A stretch of 36,485 nt of DNA from a virus (taxonomy: Duplodnaviria; Heunggongvirae; Uroviricota; Caudoviricetes): the IMG/VR virus record IMGVR_UViG_2541047779_000001. The stretch is one strand, 5' to 3'. The notes below the pieces were generated by a model. The model saw nothing but the letters and a program-made list of their open reading frames with translations, was not told where the DNA came from and made no database searches. Of this stretch, positions 19,353-28,679 are shown one piece after another; positions within the stretch are counted from its first letter, which is position 1, and each line of letters starts with the position of its first letter. The translations under genes were made by a program, and so were the position numbers.

Positions 19353-19485
19353 CGGTGATCTGAACGCATTGCTGGATGAAACGGAGGCCGCCTGGGCGGT
19401 CTGTGCAGACAAAGTGGACATGATTATTGCGTGTCAGGAGCGAAACAGTGAACAAACCACAATCCCTGCGCCACGCCCTCAATAA
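19195..19485 (+). CDS. Outer-membrane lipoprotein spanin (LysC/Rz1-like), overlapping LysB in another frame
   Basis: GTG start; lipobox LTLSGC after a hydrophobic signal. Confidence 0.6.
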   Translation: MRTRIYAAGLILLCLLTLSGCGNVRHSPEVQLTVSGCPRVTPCRLDQTAPRTNGDLNALLDETEAAWAVCADKVDMIIACQERNSEQTTIPAPRPQ

Positions 19486-19879
19486 AGCGGTGCCTTATGT
19501 CCGCAATAACCCGGACAAACTACATCTGTTTGTGGATAACGGTTCGCTGGTTGCCACGGGGGCCAGCTCCATGTCGTGGGAGTACCGTTACACCCTGAAC
19601 GCGGTGATTGAGGATTTCAGCGGCGACCAGAATCTGCTGATGGCCCCGGTTTTGCTGTGGCTGCGGGATAACCAGCCCGATGCCATCAAGAACCCGGCGT
19701 TACGGGAAAAGCTATTCACCTTTGAGGTGGATATTCTGCGCAATGATGTCTGTGATATCAGCCTGAACCTGCAACTGACGGAGCGTGTGCTGGTCAGCAC
19801 TGACGGCAGTGTGTCGAGTGTTGAAGCGGTAGCGGAACCTGATGAACCTGAAGAAATGTGGACGGTGAAACGTGGCTGA
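19448..19879 (+). CDS. R: Tail completion protein (P2 gpR)
   Basis: AGGAG RBS before GTG at 19448; sequence resembles my recollection of P2 gpR. Confidence 0.75.
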   Translation: MNKPQSLRHALNKAVPYVRNNPDKLHLFVDNGSLVATGASSMSWEYRYTLNAVIEDFSGDQNLLMAPVLLWLRDNQPDAIKNPALREKLFTFEVDILRNDVCDISLNLQLTERVLVSTDGSVSSVEAVAEPDEPEEMWTVKRG

Positions 19880-20318
19880 ACTGCAGAAAGTTGACGACTG
19901 GCTGAGTGCCTTGCTGGCGAATCTGGAGCCAGCCGCAAGAAGCCGAATGATGCGCCAGCTGGCACAGGAACTGCGCCGGACACAGCGGCAGAACATCAGG
20001 ATGCAACGCAATCCTGATGGCAGCCGCTATGAACCGAGGCGAGTAACAGCACGCAGTAAAAAAGGCCGTATCAAACGTCAGATGTTTACAAAGCTGCGCA
20101 CCACAAAATACCTGAGAACTGCCGCCAGCTCTGATTCTGCCAGCGTACAGTTTGAAGGTAAGGTGCAGCGTATTGCCCGTGTTCACCATTACGGCCTGCG
20201 CGATCGCGTCAGTCGCAAAGGACCGGAGGTCCGCTATGCAGAGCGCCGCCTGCTGGGTGTAAATGATGATGTTGAGGCAATGACCCGCGACATGATTCTG
20301 CAATGGCTGGCGGGGTGA
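19872..20318 (+). CDS. S: Tail completion/virion morphogenesis protein (P2 gpS)
   Basis: Position after R; GTG start. Confidence 0.75.
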   Translation: MAELQKVDDWLSALLANLEPAARSRMMRQLAQELRRTQRQNIRMQRNPDGSRYEPRRVTARSKKGRIKRQMFTKLRTTKYLRTAASSDSASVQFEGKVQRIARVHHYGLRDRVSRKGPEVRYAERRLLGVNDDVEAMTRDMILQWLAG

Positions 20319-20322
20319 TCTT

Positions 20323-20340
20323 TGTATCAGCACTGATACA
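20323..20340. promoter_or_regulatory. Ogr/Delta-type late promoter activator dyad upstream of V
   Basis: TGTATCAGCACTGATACA: TGT-N12-ACA, and a perfect palindrome. Confidence 0.5.
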
Positions 20341-20386
20341 AGTTGCAGCACTGCCGCCTTTCTTCCCCTGATGGCAACCTTTCCCT

Positions 20387-20965
20387 ATGAACGCACAATT
20401 AACCGAAATCATGCGCCTTATCACCAACCTGATCCGCACTGGGGTAGTCACCGAAGTGGACCAGGAGAACTGGCTGTGTCGGGTGAGAACGGGCGAGCTT
20501 GAAACCAACTGGATCAGCTGGCTGACGCTGCGTGCCGGGAATGCCCGGACATGGTGGCGACCATCGGAAGGTGAGCAGGTGGTGCTGCTGAGTCTGGGCG
20601 GAAATCTGGAAACCGCCTTTGCGCTGCCCGCCATCTATTCGAATCAGTTCGCTCCACCGTCGACGTCGGCGGATGCCTGCGTGACAGAACATCCTGACGG
20701 TGGCTGGTTTGAATACGAACCCGCCACCGGGCGCTGGTATGTCAGGGGCATCAAATCCATGGTCATTGAGGCTGCCGACAACATCACCCTGAAAACCAGT
20801 GAGTTTGTGCTGGAGGCTGACCGCACGCGTATTAACAGCGAAGTGGTGATCAATGGTGGCGTTACCCAGGGTGGCGGTACAATGAGTTCTAACGGGATCG
20901 TGGTTGATGCACATCAGCATACTGGCGTCCTGAAAGGCGGCGACACAACCGGAGGCCCGGTATGA
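20387..20965 (+). CDS. V: Baseplate spike/assembly protein V
   Basis: Position and size in the baseplate operon. Confidence 0.85.
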   Translation: MNAQLTEIMRLITNLIRTGVVTEVDQENWLCRVRTGELETNWISWLTLRAGNARTWWRPSEGEQVVLLSLGGNLETAFALPAIYSNQFAPPSTSADACVTEHPDGGWFEYEPATGRWYVRGIKSMVIEAADNITLKTSEFVLEADRTRINSEVVINGGVTQGGGTMSSNGIVVDAHQHTGVLKGGDTTGGPV

Positions 20966-21321
20966 CGCTTTATAGCGGGATGAACAATACCAGCGGCAAA
21001 GCTATTACTGATATTGACCATCTGCGCCAGTCGGTGCGGGACATTCTGCTGACACCGCAGGGTAGCCGCATTGCCCGCCGGGAATATGGTTCCCTGCTGT
21101 CGGCACTGATAGACCAGCCACAAAATCCGGCGTTACGCCTGCAGGTCATGTCGGCAGTGTATGTGGCGCTGAGTCGCTGGGAGCCACGGCTGACGCTGGA
21201 TTCCATCACCATCAACAGCAACTTTGACGGTTCTATGGTGGTGGAGCTGACCGGGCGGCGGAATAACGGTGTGCCTGTGTCCCTTTCCGTATCAACAGGA
21301 GCAGAGAATGGCAGTGATTGA
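20962..21321 (+). CDS. W: Baseplate wedge protein W (gp25-like)
   Basis: Position, size, overlapping start. Confidence 0.85.
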   Translation: MTLYSGMNNTSGKAITDIDHLRQSVRDILLTPQGSRIARREYGSLLSALIDQPQNPALRLQVMSAVYVALSRWEPRLTLDSITINSNFDGSMVVELTGRRNNGVPVSLSVSTGAENGSD

Positions 21322-22216
21322 CCTTTCGCAGTTGCCTGCGCCGCAGATTGTGGATGTGCCGGACTTTGAGACGCTGCTTACCGAACGCAAGGCAGAATTT
21401 GTGGCGCTTCATCCGAAAGATGAGCAGGAAGCAGTGATCCGCACGCTGGAACTGGAATCTGAACCCGTCACCAAATTGTTGCAGGAGAATGCTTACCGTG
21501 AGTTGCTTCTGCGCCAGCGCATTAACGAAGCCGCGCAGGCTGTGATGGTGGCTTACGCGATGGGCGGCGATCTTGACCAGCTCGCTGCCAACTACAACGT
21601 GAAACGCCTGACGGTGACGCCTGCTGATAATGACGCTGTGCCGCCCGTTGCGGCTGTGATGGAAAGCGATGAAGCGTTACGCCTGCGTGTGCCCGCAGCC
21701 TTTGAAGGGCTTTCAGTTGCGGGGCCAACTGCAGCTTATGAATTTCATGCACGAAGCGCCGACGGTCGGGTGGCGGATGCCAGTGCAACCAGCCCGGCAC
21801 CTGCAGAGGTGGTGCTGACTGTTCTTAGCCGCGAAGGCGATGGAACTGCAGAAAAAGACCTGCTGGACGTGGTGGAAAAAGCTCTGAACAGTGAGAACGT
21901 CCGCCCGGTGGCTGACCGTCTTACGGTTCGCAGCGCAGAAATAATCCCGTACCGCGTGGAAGCCACCATTTTTCTCTATCCGGGACCGGAAGCAGAGCCG
22001 GTAATGGCAGCGGCAAAAGCCAGTCTGCAGAAGTACATCGCCAGTCAGACGCGTCTTGGCCGGGATATTCGCCGTAGCGCCATCTTTGCCGCCCTGCATG
22101 TTGAGGGTGTGCAGCGTGTGGAGCTGGCTTCGCCGCTGGCGGATGTGGTCCTGAACAAAACACAGGCGGCATCATGTACGCAGTGGAGCGTAACCAACGG
22201 AGGAACGGATGAATAG
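21308..22216 (+). CDS. J: Baseplate protein J
   Basis: CAGGAG RBS before ATG at 21308. Confidence 0.85.
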   Translation: MAVIDLSQLPAPQIVDVPDFETLLTERKAEFVALHPKDEQEAVIRTLELESEPVTKLLQENAYRELLLRQRINEAAQAVMVAYAMGGDLDQLAANYNVKRLTVTPADNDAVPPVAAVMESDEALRLRVPAAFEGLSVAGPTAAYEFHARSADGRVADASATSPAPAEVVLTVLSREGDGTAEKDLLDVVEKALNSENVRPVADRLTVRSAEIIPYRVEATIFLYPGPEAEPVMAAAKASLQKYIASQTRLGRDIRRSAIFAALHVEGVQRVELASPLADVVLNKTQAASCTQWSVTNGGTDE

Positions 22217-22814
22217 TCTGCTGCCACCGGGTTCAACACCACTGGAGCGCCGACTGGCGCAAACCTGCAGCGGGATTTCTGATCTGCAGGTGCCGCTGCG
22301 TGACTTGTGGAATCCGGCAACCTGTCCGGTCAGTTTCCTGCCTTATCTCGCCTGGGCGTTCTCTGTGGATCGCTGGGACGAGGGCTGGACAGAAAGCGTC
22401 AAGCGCCAGGTGGTGAAGGATGCTTTTTATATTCATCAGCATAAAGGGACCACCAGTGCCGTGCGGCGGGTGGTGGAGCCGTTCGGCTTTCTGATCCGCA
22501 TTATTGAGTGGTGGCAGACCGGAGAGGCACCGGGCACGTTTCGCCTGGATATCGGCGTGCAGGACCAGGGCATCACTGAAGATACCTATCTGGAACTTGA
22601 GCGACTGATAAGCGATGCCAAACCATGTAGCCGCCACATGATCGGCATGTCCATCAATCTGCAGACCAGCGGTCCATATTGGGTGGGGGCTGCAAGCTAT
22701 CTTGGCGAAGAAATCACGATCTATCCGTATATCAACGAAACAATTATTTCCGGCGGCACCGTGCATGAAGGCGGGGCGGTCCATGTTATTGACACAATGA
22801 GAGTGAATCCATGA
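22209..22814 (+). CDS. I: Baseplate/tail protein I
   Basis: Position and size; overlaps J stop. Confidence 0.8.
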   Translation: MNSLLPPGSTPLERRLAQTCSGISDLQVPLRDLWNPATCPVSFLPYLAWAFSVDRWDEGWTESVKRQVVKDAFYIHQHKGTTSAVRRVVEPFGFLIRIIEWWQTGEAPGTFRLDIGVQDQGITEDTYLELERLISDAKPCSRHMIGMSINLQTSGPYWVGAASYLGEEITIYPYINETIISGGTVHEGGAVHVIDTMRVNP

Positions 22815-24199
22815 GCACAAAATTTTATACCCTGCTGACGGATATTGGCGCGGCGAAACTTGCCAGCGCCGCCGCGCTCGGTGTGCCGTTAAAAATTACC
22901 CATATGGCGGTCGGCGATGGCGGCGGAACATTGCCAACGCCGGACGCAAAGCAGACTGCACTGGTAAATGAGAAACGCCGGGCTGCGCTGAATATGCTCT
23001 ATATCGACCCGCAGAACAGCAGCCAGATTATTGCCGAACAGGTGATCCCTGAAAACGAGGGTGGTTGGTGGATCCGTGAAGTGGGCCTGTTTGATGAGTC
23101 CGGGGCATTGATTGCCGTGGGCAACTGCCCGGAAAGCTATAAGCCGCAACTGGCTGAAGGCAGCGGGCGCACCCAGACCGTGCGCATGGTGCTGATAACC
23201 AGCAGCACGGACAATATCACCCTGAAAATAGACCCTGCTGTAGTGCTGGCAACCCGTAAATACGTGGATGATAAAGTCCTGGAATTAAAGCTGTATGTGG
23301 ATGACCAGATGAGAAACCACATTGCCGCACAAGATCCTCATACCCAGTATGCGCAGAAACATAATCCGACATTTACCGGAGAACCAAAAGCGCCGACGCC
23401 TGCAGCAGGAAATAACACCACTCGGATTGCGACCACAGAGTTTGTTCAGGCCGCTATTACTGCTCTAATTAACGGTGCGCCAGCCACGCTGGACACACTG
23501 AAAGAAATTGCTGCAGCCATTAACAATGACCCGAAATTCAGTACCACTATTAATAATGCGCTGGCACTGAAAGCGCCGCTGTCGAGTCCGGCACTTACCG
23601 GAACGCCAACAGCACCTACTGCGGCACAGTCGGTCAACAATACACAGATTGCCACTACGGCTTTTGTGAAATCGGCGATTGCAGGAATGGTGGGTTCTGC
23701 ACCTGCGGCACTGGATACATTGAACGAACTGGCGGCGGCGCTGGGGAATGACCCGAACTTTGCCACGACAATGCTTAATGCGCTAGCAGGTAAACAACCG
23801 CTGGACAATACGCTGACTAATTTGAGTGGAAAGGATGTAGCTGGTCTTCTCGCATACCTTGGTTTGGGAGAAGCCGCAAAACGAAACGTGGGAACACCGG
23901 AAAAGCAGACACCAGACACACCACCAAAAGCATCACGGAAAGGCAACCGAAAAACGCCAGATGCCGAAAAGGAACAAAAACGACCAAAGACTTACCCAAA
24001 GGAAAAAGGACCGGAATCCCCCAATGAGTCAATCCCCAGGCCAGATAAACAGACACCGGGCAATGCAACGAGACGCCAACGTGCAAGCCAGGCCGCAAAT
24101 ATCCGGGAACAGAACAACGAAAGCAATACAGGCACAAGAAACCAACGCAACGATAGACATGAAGATGCAGCCGGTTCAGCCAAAGGCGCGGAACAATGA
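22811..24199 (+). CDS. H: Tail fibre protein H; only the N-terminal/constant part (to about 23873) looks genuine
   Basis: N-terminus MSTKFYTLLTDIGAAKLA...MAVGDGGG and repeat region resemble P2 gpH. After ...AYLGLGE the frame runs into the A+C-rich segment and the C-terminal 108 codons are low complexity (K/P/T/Q/N-rich). Confidence 0.7.
   Translation: MSTKFYTLLTDIGAAKLASAAALGVPLKITHMAVGDGGGTLPTPDAKQTALVNEKRRAALNMLYIDPQNSSQIIAEQVIPENEGGWWIREVGLFDESGALIAVGNCPESYKPQLAEGSGRTQTVRMVLITSSTDNITLKIDPAVVLATRKYVDDKVLELKLYVDDQMRNHIAAQDPHTQYAQKHNPTFTGEPKAPTPAAGNNTTRIATTEFVQAAITALINGAPATLDTLKEIAAAINNDPKFSTTINNALALKAPLSSPALTGTPTAPTAAQSVNNTQIATTAFVKSAIAGMVGSAPAALDTLNELAAALGNDPNFATTMLNALAGKQPLDNTLTNLSGKDVAGLLAYLGLGEAAKRNVGTPEKQTPDTPPKASRKGNRKTPDAEKEQKRPKTYPKEKGPESPNESIPRPDKQTPGNATRRQRASQAANIREQNNESNTGTRNQRNDRHEDAAGSAKGAEQ
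23859..23873. repeat. Left inverted repeat / putative invertase crossover site
   Basis: ttggtttgggagaag is the exact reverse complement of 25693..25707. Confidence 0.7.
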
Positions 24200-25692
24200 A
24201 ACATCGGCAAGGAAACAACATGGCATACCCGGAAGAACGGCAGTCGAACAACAAAGAAAAAGAAAAAAAGCCAGAAAAAAAAGCAGGTCAGATACACCAA
24301 CGAAGATGCAAGCAAGAGAAACATGACACACAACCACAAGGAAAAGACAGAAGAAATGGAAAAGACGAACTGCCGAAAAGACCAGAAAGCCCTAAACCAA
24401 CACGAAAACAACAAACAGAACCAGCAGAAACAAAAAAGCAAAAATAGATCAACAACAACAAAAAATATAGCAACAGGAGACAATAGCCCGGCAAAGCCCC
24501 GACTGGACGCACCAAAGACAAAGAAAGCGCGCAATACAATCTGTCGCTCGATAAACTGAAAGCAATGGAAATAGGCGACACACCAACGCCGCCAAATAGT
24601 CAATAGCACACAAACCCGACAGACCAAACAAAACAAAATCCCGCGCGATGACCCTAAAAATACAACCAACAGCGCCAAAGTAACGCAACACAACGAAAAG
24701 GAGGGTGAGAAATGGCTGAAGCAGACCCAGCCACACCAGAAAGCCCAAGTAAACCAGACAAAAGCAAACCATCACACAATCAATCAGACACCAACGCCGT
24801 CCATCAGCCGCACCCAACGCAAAGCAAAGCCCGGCCGCAAGATCAGGCACACAGAAAACACCAGACCAAACACCGTACGGAATTAAAGGGACGAGAGGAC
24901 GGCAACAGACACCAGAACCACCCCGAACGGCAACTGCCCTGAAATCCCCCAGGACGAGACCATACAAAACCTCACCCACAGGAACTAGCAAACAGCCCCA
25001 GGAAGTCAAAACAACACAGCCACAAATTACATAACCACAGTTACGCACACCTCAGACAACCAAAAACCAACATACCAACACACCGACGACGACACAGAGA
25101 AACGCAGGCCAGATAAAAAAATAGCCCCGCGTTACGCCAGCATAATGAAATACGATCATCACCCCATCATGGAAAAAGAAACCCCCATGCACCAAAACAA
25201 CCTGCTCCAACAAAGCAGCACTCACAATCTAGTGAAATGCAATAGAAAGAGGCCCACAAAAACACGCCCCCGAAATCAAAACATTTGTCCTAACCACACG
25301 CACACTGTCAAACATAAAGACACTCAAATCCGTAAACAAATACAAGAACCCGCAAGCACAAATACTCAACCACAACCAAAACACAGAGAAAAACGAACAA
25401 CAAACAACACCAGAAATGAAGGGAGCCACGAACCAGCCAGGCATCCAATGGGTAGCCCCAAACATAGACCCCCCCCCAAAACAAACAACCAACACAACGA
25501 AAACAACACCTCGCCCAGCAAACCAAACCCGAAAAAAAACACCGCCCAAAACAGGCAAGTGTAAACCAGGAAAACCAATTCCCACCCACGGGTAAACTGA
25601 ACCAGAAAAAAGTGCACCCCAGCATGAAACCCAGCCAGATGATGACATAGCAGAAAGCCAAGGAACACCCACACCAACAGGCAACGCTGACC
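23874..25692. other. Invertible segment with extreme strand-asymmetric A+C-rich composition and no credible genes
   Basis: On the plus strand T is nearly absent and G reduced; for example 25381..25440 contains a single T. ORFs on both strands are low complexity. Confidence 0.8.
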
Positions 25693-25707
25693 CTTCTCCC
25701 AAACCAA
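25693..25707. repeat. Right inverted repeat / putative invertase crossover site
   Basis: cttctcccaaaccaa is the reverse complement of 23859..23873. Surrounding sequence ttctcccAAACCaaCGTTTaagaaaa (25694..25719) resembles Hin/Gin/Cin crossover sites. Confidence 0.7.
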
Positions 25708-25768
25708 CGTTTAAGAAAATGCAGCGATTACGACTAACTGGCATCATCCCCGGTTTTTATTCAGGGGG

Positions 25769-26341
25769 ATGATCATGCTTATTGGCTATGTACGCGTGTC
25801 AACAAATGACCAGAACACCGATTTGCAACGTAATGCACTGAACTGCGCGGGATGTGAGCGGATTTTTGAGGATAAAATCAGTGGCACTAAGTCCGACAGA
25901 CCAGGGTTGAAAAAACTGCTCAGGACACTATCGGCAGGAGACACGCTGGTTGTCTGGAAGCTGGACAGGTTGGGGCGCAGTATGCGGCATCTTGTTACGC
26001 TGATAGAAGAGTTACGCCAGCGTGGTGTGAATTTCAGAAGCCTGACTGACAGTATTGATACCAGTACCCCAATGGGCCGTTTCTTTTTTCATGTCATGGG
26101 TGCCCTGGCTGAAATGGAACGCGAACTGATAGTTGAACGTACCAGGGCAGGGCTGGCTGCAGCTCGTGCCAAAGGCAGAGTAGGTGGACGCCGTCCTAAG
26201 TTGACCACCGAACAGTGGGCACAGATTGGGCGTTTACTCGAGGCCGGAGAATCAAGACAGCGTATTGCACTGATTTTTGATGTAGGCGTTTCTACCATTT
26301 ATAGAAAATTTCCGGCAAATAAGATCAATGAATCCCCCTGA
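25769..26341 (+). CDS. Serine recombinase, DNA invertase (Hin/Gin/Cin/Pin family)
   Basis: N-terminal catalytic region MLIGYVRVSTNDQNTDLQRNAL with the active-site Ser, resolvase-type core, C-terminal HTH (FDVGVSTIYRKF). Confidence 0.9.
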   Translation: MIMLIGYVRVSTNDQNTDLQRNALNCAGCERIFEDKISGTKSDRPGLKKLLRTLSAGDTLVVWKLDRLGRSMRHLVTLIEELRQRGVNFRSLTDSIDTSTPMGRFFFHVMGALAEMERELIVERTRAGLAAARAKGRVGGRRPKLTTEQWAQIGRLLEAGESRQRIALIFDVGVSTIYRKFPANKINESP

Positions 26342-26389
26342 ATCAGCATTATGTTGATTATCCCTGCAAGCAGACAAATACCGTTATTT

Positions 26390-26407
26390 TGTGTGAATAA
26401 CGACACA
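26390..26407. promoter_or_regulatory. Ogr/Delta-type late promoter activator dyad upstream of FI
   Basis: TGTGTGAATAACGACACA: TGT-N12-ACA, about 75 bp before the FI start. Confidence 0.45.
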
Positions 26408-26483
26408 ACTGCGCTTAGCTGTTTGTCAGGCACAATCACTTCAACATAGGGCGAAGCCTAATCCAATCAGGAGGTTCGCCACT

Positions 26484-27656
26484 ATGGCTCAGGATTACCA
26501 CCACGGGGTGCGCGTTGTTGAAGTCAACGAAGGCACCCGATCTATTACCACGGTGAGCACCGCCATCGTGGGTATGGTCTGCACGGGCGATGATGCCGAT
26601 GCAAAAATGTTTCCTCTTAATAAACCCGTGCTGATCACTGATGTGCTGACTGCCAGCGGTAAAGCGGGTGAGTCCGGTACTCTGGCCCGTTCGCTGGATG
26701 CCATCGCTGACCAGGCAAAACCCGTGACCGTTGTTGTGCGTGTGCCGCAGGGTGAAACGGAAGACGAAACCACGACCAATATCATCGGCGCAGTGACTGC
26801 TGAAGGTAAAAAAACAGGTATGAAAGCCCTGTTATCTGCCCAGTCACAGCTCGGCGTTAAACCGCGCATTCTCGGCGTGCCAGGCCACGACACCAAGGCG
26901 GTAGCTACTGAGTTGCTGAGCGTGGCGCAAAGCCTGCGTGGATTTGCTTACCTGTCAGCGTATGGCTGCAAGACGGTACAGGAGGCGATCACTTACCGTG
27001 AAAACTTTAGCCAGCGCGAAGGGATGCTGATCTGGCCTGACTTTACTGGCTGGGACACGGTGCTGAATGCCGAAGCAACGGCATATGCCACCGCCCGTGC
27101 GCTTGGTCTGCGCGCCAAAATTGACGAGCAGACCGGATGGCACAAAAGCCTGTCCAACGTGGGCGTGAACGGTGTCACCGGAATTTCTGCTGATGTGTTC
27201 TGGGATCTGCAGGACCCGGCAACCGATGCAGGACTGCTGAACCAGAACGACGTCACCACGCTTGTGCGTAAAGACGGTTGCCGCTTCTGGGGTTCCCGCT
27301 GCCTGAGTGATGACCCGCTCTTTGCCTTCGAAAACTACACCCGCACGGCGCAGGTGCTGACGGACACAATGGCAGAAGCGCACATGTGGGCAGTGGACAA
27401 ACCGCTGAACCCGTCGCTGGCGCGCGACATTATCGAGGGCATCCGCGCCAAAATGCGCAGCCTGGTCAGTCAGGGGTATCTCATTGGTGGTGATTGCTGG
27501 CTGGATGAGTCGGTGAACGACAAAGACACGCTGAAAGCCGGAAAACTCACCATCGACTACGACTACACGCCAGTGCCGCCACTTGAAAACCTGATGCTGC
27601 GTCAGCGCATCACCGATCAGTACCTGGTGAATTTCGCCAGCCAGGTCAGCGCGTAA
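26484..27656 (+). CDS. FI: Contractile tail sheath protein FI
   Basis: 390-aa protein with AGGAGG RBS, followed by the tube gene. Confidence 0.9.
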   Translation: MAQDYHHGVRVVEVNEGTRSITTVSTAIVGMVCTGDDADAKMFPLNKPVLITDVLTASGKAGESGTLARSLDAIADQAKPVTVVVRVPQGETEDETTTNIIGAVTAEGKKTGMKALLSAQSQLGVKPRILGVPGHDTKAVATELLSVAQSLRGFAYLSAYGCKTVQEAITYRENFSQREGMLIWPDFTGWDTVLNAEATAYATARALGLRAKIDEQTGWHKSLSNVGVNGVTGISADVFWDLQDPATDAGLLNQNDVTTLVRKDGCRFWGSRCLSDDPLFAFENYTRTAQVLTDTMAEAHMWAVDKPLNPSLARDIIEGIRAKMRSLVSQGYLIGGDCWLDESVNDKDTLKAGKLTIDYDYTPVPPLENLMLRQRITDQYLVNFASQVSA

Positions 27657-27665
27657 GGGGACAAC

Positions 27666-28181
27666 ATGGCATTACCACGCAAATTAAAACACCTGAACCT
27701 GTTTAACGATGGGAACAACTGGCAGGGGATCGTTGAGTCGCTGACGCTGCCGAAATTTACCCGCAAATATGAGAAGTATCGCGGCGGCGGAATGCCGGGT
27801 GCGGTGGATGTGGATCTGGGGCTTGATGACAGTGCGCTGGACACAGAATTTTCCATTGGTGGTACTGAATTGCTGCTGTTTAAACAGATGGGTAAAGCCA
27901 CGGTGGATGGCATCCAGCTGCGCTTTACCGGCTCTATTCAGCGTGACGATACCGGGGAAGTGCAGGCCGTGGAGCTTGTCGTGCGTGGACGTCACAAAGA
28001 AGTGGATTCCGGCGAGTGGAAGACGGGCGAAAGCAACACCACCAAAGTGACCAGTACCAACAGCTACGCGAAGCTGACCATCAATGGTGAGGTGCTCTAT
28101 GAAGTGGACCTTATCAACATGGTGGAAATTGTGGACGGTGTGGACCTGATGGAAGCGCACCGCAACGCCCTCGGCCTCTGA
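27666..28181 (+). CDS. FII: Tail tube protein FII
   Basis: 171-aa protein directly after the sheath gene. Confidence 0.9.
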   Translation: MALPRKLKHLNLFNDGNNWQGIVESLTLPKFTRKYEKYRGGGMPGAVDVDLGLDDSALDTEFSIGGTELLLFKQMGKATVDGIQLRFTGSIQRDDTGEVQAVELVVRGRHKEVDSGEWKTGESNTTKVTSTNSYAKLTINGEVLYEVDLINMVEIVDGVDLMEAHRNALGL

Positions 28182-28235
28182 TATATCTGAACGGCGCGGG
28201 ATACCGCGCCAGAACCCAATTGACAGGACAGCAAA

Positions 28236-28679
28236 ATGAGCGATAAGCAGACTGAAAAGACCATTCAACTGGATACCCCCATCAAGCGCGGTAAAACAGA
28301 AATCACCGAAATTGTGCTGCGTAAACCGCAGTCCGGTGCGCTGCGCGGTACACGCCTGCAGGCCATTATGGATATGGATGTAAACGCGATGATGACCGTG
28401 ATCCCCCGCATCTCCAGTCCGGCACTGACTGCACAGGAAATTGCAGAGATGGACCCGGCAGATCTCACTGCCATGTCGGTTGAGGTTGTCACTTTTTTGT
28501 TGAAGAAGTCGGTGCTTGCCGGTTTACCGACAGCCTGACGGTTGACGATCTGGTGGCAGATATCGCCACCATTTTTCACTGGCCGCCATCCGTTACTGAC
28601 GTTATGCCGCTGACCGAAGTGCTGGAATGGCGGTATAAAGCGATTCAGAGAAGCGGGGCCAACGATGAGTGATAACAAC
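28236..28679 (+). CDS. E: Tail assembly chaperone E and its -1 frameshift extension E' (slip at 28493..28499)
   Basis: E frame 28236..28538. Slippery heptamer TTTTTTG at 28493..28499; the -1 frame continues to a TGA at 28677..28679, overlapping the T start. Confidence 0.7.

Noticed and set aside
19588-20351. Minus-strand ORFs of 131, 99 and 185 aa across R and S
   Set aside because: Antisense to the tail completion genes with no start context.
23874-25692. Considered a diversity-generating retroelement or CRISPR array to explain the anomalous segment
   Set aside because: No reverse transcriptase gene and no template/variable repeat pair in the window, and no regularly spaced direct repeats; the invertase and inverted repeats explain the boundaries.
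23992-25747. Long minus-strand ORFs (233, 199, 172, 117, 113 aa) and plus-strand ORFs (155, 139, 83, 78, 76 aa) inside the A+C-rich segment
   Set aside because: Low-complexity translations. They are long only because all stop codons need T on the plus strand or A on the minus strand, and both are depleted here.
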